64,000 nucleotides of DNA from positions 62,001 through 126,000 of the forward strand of contig CDMY01000259.1 of the NCBI GenBank assembly GCA_001179505.1, written 5' to 3'. The notes under the pieces are model-generated. The model did not search any database. It had not been told where the DNA came from and saw only the letters and a list, made by a program, of their open reading frames with translations. A program made the translations under genes and the position numbers. Below are positions 58,102 to 64,000 of this stretch, one piece after another. Numbering within the stretch: the stretch's first letter is position 1; every line of letters begins with the position of its first letter. This stretch comes from Vitrella brassicaformis CCMP3155 (Eukaryota; Protista; Chromerida).

Positions 58102-59520
58102 GAGAGGAGGAGGGGGGGTGGGAGGAAGGGAGCGTGTGCATGTTTCTTAGAAGGGGCTGTTTGAAGAGAAGTTTTTGAATCGTATCAGCAGTGGGTCGAT
58201 CCATTCATATTAATGATGCATTCCGCTGTGCGCCTGCGTCGAGTCACCGACCCGTCGAGTGTGTGGGATGGATGGATGGATGTGTGTGTGTGTGTGTGTG
58301 TGGGATGGCCGTCTGTATGTCTGTCTGTCTCTCTCTCCGTCTGAATATATGTGCTGCATTGCCCCCAGGGGTGGAGAGGGCTCTCGAAGCCACACACCCG
58401 CATCGCGTTAGTCCCTCTCTCTCTCTCTCTCTGTCAAATGAGTGGTATTGGCAACGGTTTCTTTCATCGGGGAGATTGCGACTACGAGTGAGTGGGTGGC
58501 CTGTTTCTCGCTGCATTCATTGCATACATGGCCGGCTGGCTGGCTCTTTCTGGCAAGGTGGAGGACGCACCGAGGCACCCGGGTCGGCTGTCCGTCTGTC
58601 TGTCTGTTTGTCTGTTTCTTGGGGCTGGCTGTGTGTCTGTGTGGTCTCGTCAGTTTGTCTCTCTCATCGTTTCGTATGAGTGCCAGTCTGCCTGCCATCT
58701 GAGAGCGATTTCTGCACGAGAATCTGTCTGTCTGTCTGTCAATCCGTGGCCACTCTCTCTCTCTCTCTGGTTGGCTGCTTTTGCTCTTGTCGTTGGTGGG
58801 AAGGTCGGCAACAGGCCATATTCCTGTCTGTCTGCGCAGCCAGGAAAATGGCCGTGGTGTAAGTGAGTGAGAGAGCCGGTAGAGAGCCGTTTCATTACAC
58901 ATTCGGAAAGACACACACATAAACGGATAGTGGGGGGCGTACTTCTAGCTCTTTCGGCGGGAGGATGTCCCGCTCTCATGCTCACGGAGGTGGAGGATGA
59001 CTCGGCCGGCCTTCCCTGTCTCTCTCTCTCTGTCTGTCTGTCTGTCTGTTTGTCGTTGCGCCCTATCTTTTTGCCTGGATGGATGGATGGATTGGTCTCT
59101 CCCCTTTTGTTTTCACCGCTGAGTCCGTGTGTGTGTGCGCTTGTGTGCGTCGGTCGACCGATCAGCCACCCACCCGCCCAGCTGATGGGAGATTCAGGGT
59201 GGAAGGGCAGCCAGCCAGCCATGGATGTATGGATGGAAAGGTGCAGCGTGAGACGGGTGCGTCCCCCCATACCAACCCCCGTGCACCAACAGACAGATAG
59301 ATGCGACAACGAACAGGGAGAGACAGATGGGAGAGACGGACTGATGTGTGTGATGGATGAAGATACCCATTTACGATGGATACGAACAAGGCAGGGTCCG
59401 CCAATGGATCAACCAATGAATTACCTGTACACGCCTTCATTCGCCCAGCCAGCCAGCCAGCCAGCCAGCCAATCAGCACACACCAACGTGCGTGTGCGCA
59501 AGCCCCAAGTCCAGTGACTG

Positions 59521-62210
59521 TCATGCTGTCGCCTCAAGGCCCTGCCCCTCCACATACACACCGTCCCTCCAGTCTGCCAGGGCAGCATTGGCCTTGAGGA
59601 TGCCCTTGTCGCGCCACATACGGTGAGAAGTGCACCAGGAAGGATTATACAGGTCCTGGAGAGAGAAAGCACTCGTCAGGAGATGCCGATTTACTGTAAC
59701 CAGCGCCTTGCCTTGTACCGTTGCTCTCTTCAGCACATTGTCAAGTTCACACAGGTCCTGACAGACAGACGACACACAGCACCATGGATGGATGGATGGA
59801 TGGCCGCCCAATGGGTTGCCTGATCTGATCTGGACTCACCTCGTCGGAGAACATCGCCACACGGCCATTCACCTCATGCGGAATCAACTCAAGCATATCC
59901 CGCACCTGTAATCAGCCCACACACACAGCCATCCACCCATCCATCCATCCATTCACTGCCTGACCCACCAGCCGCCTTTCCTTTCTCCTTTGTAACGTGC
60001 GCATCTCACCGTCTGCATGCCTGTGGCGATCTGTCGGCTGTCTGTCTTGGCGTCAGTGCCGGGTGTGCCTTCCCATGTGGTGTAGACATCTGTGAGGATG
60101 CGGGTGAGGGTCAGCAGGGCGGCAGGCTGCAGTGCGTGCAGCCGCTTCAGCAAGTGGCACAGAATGCCTAGAAGGAGAAATAAGTGATCGATCCACAGAT
60201 GTCATTCGCCTGTGTGTGCACGTGGATCTGACCTTCCATTTTGTCGGGGTCCCACCACTTGAGGTCACCCAGCACTTGCAGGGCCCTCACCCACTCCCCC
60301 ACTGACAAGGAACTCGGCCGCCTGTCAGCACAACACACAAACACAGCACAGATAAGGTAGACACCCGAGAGAAAAGCAGTGCGGGTGTGCGTTGCGTCAT
60401 GCGACTTCTTCTCACTCACTTGGCCAGTTCAGCCACGATGTCTTCGAGCGTGTCGCACGCCTCAGGAAGGGGTCCCAGTGTCAGCCGCCCTCTGCCCCAC
60501 CTGTCGGCGTCCCATCCTGACACACGGAAACGACTTGCCACGCTTCAAGCGATAGGAAGAGGAGCTTGTGTGTACTTCCTGACCTCGAATGATCGCCCGT
60601 TCCTCGGCGGACAGGCAGGACGACACAAAAGGATTCGACTCGGCCGCATTGGACTCGTCGTTAGTGGCCACCGGCAGATCTGCAGATCCAACGCCGATGG
60701 ACCGTGTCCCTTCGCCAGCTGGAGGCAGAGCAGGATACCGCTGGAAGTGCTCGTGGTAGCGCATGATGCCCACCAGTACACTGCATACGCACAAAAGAAG
60801 CGCAAAAACACTCGATCAGACAAAGATAGTATTCGTATCACTCCTCCTCTCCATACGTGGTCAGCTGCGCTGGCTCCAGCTCTGCTCGATGCCTCCGTGC
60901 ATCCCGAAGAGCACGGCTGACGAAGCGAAGCGCCGCTGGGGAAGAATAAGCGGGGAGGGAGGGGTGGATGTGGGGGTGGGGGTCCGCCGCTGCTGAGGGC
61001 GGGGCGAGCCGCATGTTGTTGTGCCCGAGGAAGAGAGCCACGCTCGCGAACAGCTTTGAGAAGTACTCGGATGGGCATAAATGGAGCTGACGGATATGGA
61101 ACAAATGAAACAATGACACTAAGCAACGGGCAGAGAAGGCGTGCCATTGGTATGCCACCTGTCTCTCTGTGACGGTGATTATCTGCTCGAAGAGCGTTGG
61201 CGACAGCAGCGGCACCTCGATATCCCCTTGCCACTCAAGATCTCCGCCGCCCTCCTGAACGGCCTGCTGCCGCATCTCCTCGAGCGTCAGGTACGCCGGC
61301 AGAAGGGTCGCCACGTCGGCTGGAGTGAAGTAACACAGCTGACACACGAACCAACAGCGAAGGACGGATCCGCAGGGAATACATGCATCACATATAGATA
61401 CATCCATCAGTCCTCACACATACCTGTCTTTCCACTTCGCTGGTGAGCTTCCGGAGCAGCGGCAGATGGAAGAACCGATGCCTGATGTCCACACACATGA
61501 AGGAACGATTCAGTCAGTCAAGACGCGCACAATGAGTCGGTCGTTATCCGCTCACTTTGCCAGGGCCTTGGCCAGCAGAGCCGAGTCGTTAGCTGTGAAG
61601 TCCTGCCACAGCTGTGCGCCCACCGGCCCATCCTCACCCTCCTCGCCCTCCTCCGACGACACCAATGCAGCTCCATCCCGGGCATCCGCCTCTCCCTCAG
61701 CGGATCGGGTCTCCGCCAGTGGCCGCCTGATGCCGCCCCAGACGCTCAGCTCGCGCTCCTCCGACCCGCCAGACAACAGACGCTCGGCCACCTGCCCAGA
61801 GCAACACACAGATCCCCCCCGTTATCATGAGATCGGCCATCCATCCATCCATCCATCCATCCATTTTATGTGCATACCTCGTTGAGCATGCGTGTGTCGC
61901 GGACTCCCACGCAATGGAAGCCGAACAGAAGACGGCACAGCTGAGCCGGGCTGCGACAGACCAAGATCAACACAACCAACACAGTCATGGCTTCCTTGTC
62001 CCCACTGCCTTCAGCCGTTGCTCACCTGAATTGCGGCAGAAGTGCAGTCGCCCGAGCAGCGTATCTCTCCCACAGCTTGGGATCACTGGCGTGGGGCGTC
62101 CGGGCGGCCTTTTCGATGGATGCGAGCAGCCCTTGAGTACCGTTCTTGGCGGTTGCGTAGAGGGCGTCCCGACGATGCTGCAGAAGACGGAGAGGCGCCT
62201 GAGGAGCCAT
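59521..62210 (-). CDS. heptatricopeptide-repeat (HPR)-like helical repeat protein, probably mitochondrial
   Basis: Spliced repeats: LLPQFSPAQLCRLLFGFHCVGVRDTRMLNEVAERLL; FTANDSALLAKALAKHRFFHLPLLRKLTSEVERQLCY followed directly by FTPADVATLL (exactly 37 aa from F to F). Further units resemble FSARCLVSLF, LSVGEWVRAL and LQPAALLTL. N-terminus: MAPQAPLRLLQHRRDALYATA. Confidence 0.72.
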
Positions 62211-62302
62211 GCCTCAAGGGCCAGAGATCTGCTGTGTTGAGCTCGCAAGTGGGCGATCCGTCGAGAAGGGCCGTAGAAACATCCAGCCGTCGAAGCATCG
62301 TC
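62211..62302. promoter_or_regulatory. 92-nt spacer between divergent start codons (HPR / BTB); candidate bidirectional promoter
   Basis: Contains AGATCT (62225) and GCTCGCAA (62241). Confidence 0.55.
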
Positions 62303-64000
62303 ATGGCAGCGGCAGCGGCTGCAGGGAGTGCGGCTGAGAAACGGAAGCGACCAAGTCCTGGTGGTGGGGCTGAGGATGAGTGCGGCAATCTGGATGAGAG
62401 CATCGCACACTGCCAGCAGCTCTTGGACGCGCTGCAGGAGATCAAGAATGACCTCATGCAGCAAGAGCGGGCCATTGGCGGGACGGCAGATACCAGCGAG
62501 CCATCTGTAAGCAGGCAGAAATGGAGGAAAAGGCACGGCTTAAGTCACATGCACTGTTCGCGTGCCTTCCTCTTTGTGCTGTCGTCATCAGGCCGAGTGC
62601 ATGCGTGAGATCTTGGCCTTCAACGTGGGCGGCGACACGACCGTCAAGGCTCGGCGGTCCACTCTGTGCGCCGTCAAGGGCACCGTGATGGCACTCCTGT
62701 TCTCGGGCCGCTTCGACGCGGGATTCAGACGGGACAGCAACAACCGCATCTTCCTCCAGCTGTTTCCGGATGCTTTTACGTGGTGGGCAGACACAGCATG
62801 ACTGGGGCAGGGCGTGGATCTCACACTGCCCCTCTGAGTGTGTGCGTGCGCTTTGTTTTTCAGGTTGGTAGGGCAGCTGCTCACATATGTCGGCGAGCAG
62901 ACAATCGATAGCATCGTCATACCAGATTCCAGACGAAACGACACGCCGTTCAAGTAAGCCACACCGACAGGCAGACAGACAGACAGATATACAGACGGCC
63001 GCGCGAGTTGTTGTGGTTGACATGTTGTGATGTGGCTGGTGTCTGTCAGGTATTGGGTAGAGTTGTTGATGTCGGACCCCGGCTACAAGCGCCGTGCGAG
63101 CCGTGTGCAGATCCCCCCCCTCACACAAGACCAGCAGGAGGAGCAGCAGCAGGGAGCGGGCGGCGAGCAGCAGCAGCAGCAGCAGCAGAGAGATGCTGAG
63201 GACCTCTCTGTAGAGCTGACGAGTATGATCAGGAGGGCCAAGGCTGACAGGGATGCCCAGATGGAGCGCCTCCAGGCCATCAGGCCGCTGCTCAAGACTG
63301 GCAACGTAGAGGACGATGCGGTGAGGTGAACAGAGATGGGCAGAGGAAGGCCAACTCGATGACGCGCTCTGTGCGTCATTTCCATGTTGGCAGTTGGTGT
63401 CGATTGAGGTGTCTGGTGCCGTCGTGACGGTGACCAAGGGCGTTGCCACTTCGCTCGGTGACGACTCCACCTTCGCAAACATATTCCTCAAGTGAGCAGC
63501 TGCCGTCACCGCACGCACACACAGACATCTCCACTGGATGCGATGCTGTCTGCGCGTGTGTCAGGTATGACCGCAGTAGTCATGAGGTAGATCCAGCGTA
63601 CGTGCGGCGCATCGTGGACGCGGTGGCACGTGCCCACATGATGGGTGTGGCCGTCAAGGCGCTCGATGTGCAGGGGGCGGTGGGGGAGCTGGCCATCAAG
63701 GGATACCGACACGCACTCACAATGTAAAAACGGTGTGCGCACACAAGGCTGCTCAGCACACAAGGCCAGGCCTTGACGCCTCTTCTGTGTCTGAATGTGT
63801 GTTAGGTACGGTTTGGATAGCGATCGCTATTTGGGCCCTGTCGACGGGCTCCTCAAGCTGGAGCACCTGCAGAAGATGCGGCAGTGGTGTGAGGACGAGG
63901 AGGAGGACCCTCCTGCCATTCCCTCCCACTTGGGCGAGCCGCTCATCCGCATATACAAGTGAGGAAGAAGACCGAAGCAACTGCCAGCATGACGGTCATC
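62303..64000 (+). CDS. BTB/POZ (K+-channel tetramerisation type) domain protein, 3'-truncated by window edge
   Basis: ILAFNVGGDTTVKARRSTLCAVKGTVMALLFSGRFDAGFRRDSNNRIFLQLFPDAFT/WLVGQL is a KCTD-type BTB motif. A second degenerate BTB-like segment reads VSIEVSGAVVTV..DSTFANIF..VDPAYVRRIVD. The last visible exon ends LIRIYK|gtgagg. A downstream TLDc domain is likely but not visible. Confidence 0.8.

Noticed and set aside
58191-59517. ORFs 58191..58679, 58867..59517 and their antisense partners
   Set aside because: They are dominated by (GTCT)n/(GGAT)n/(GT)n translations. A few exon-like pieces exist, but there is no coherent model.
1-64000. tRNA, rRNA, snRNA genes and autonomous transposon or retroelement ORFs
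   Set aside because: No recognisable signatures by eye. tRNAscan-SE, Infernal and RepeatMasker would be needed to exclude them formally.

Overview
This is eukaryotic, GC-rich, intron-dense genomic DNA. Introns are short, GT-AG, and packed with (GT)n/(GACA)n/(GGAT)n/(GGGA)n microsatellites. Gene style and content suggest a chromerid alveolate such as Vitrella brassicaformis (inference, not verified). All gene models were assembled by eye from the ORF track and splice signals, so outer boundaries are approximate. (1) The 0-15.4 kb block is conserved: the 3' part of DNA-PKcs, a multipass membrane protein, a Tctex-1 dynein light chain, an acylpeptide hydrolase with a possible bipartite plastid leader, and a CAMK-type kinase. 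(2) The ~15.9-39.4 kb block is a mosaic of lineage-specific genes and gene fragments that reuse the same modules in different combinations. It includes a kinase 'shell' whose catalytic core is replaced by a J-domain, four copies of an unrecognised 'EDIAA..HRDP' helical domain, an intron-containing duplicate of a kinase 3' end, frameshifts, a 30-bp coding minisatellite and a 300-N gap. (3) The 39.8-64 kb block is conserved: a plant-TPK-like 2-pore K+ channel with EF hands, a P-loop-less adenylate/UMP-CMP-kinase-like protein, long-form RNase Z with a possible mitochondrial leader, USP39, a mitochondrial RbfA-domain protein, a non-RD kinase with a histone-H1-like tail, a heptatricopeptide-repeat protein and a BTB protein running off the end. 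Five very short head-to-head spacers carry AGATCT and/or GCTCGCA motifs. I saw no tRNA, rRNA, CRISPR array or transposase.
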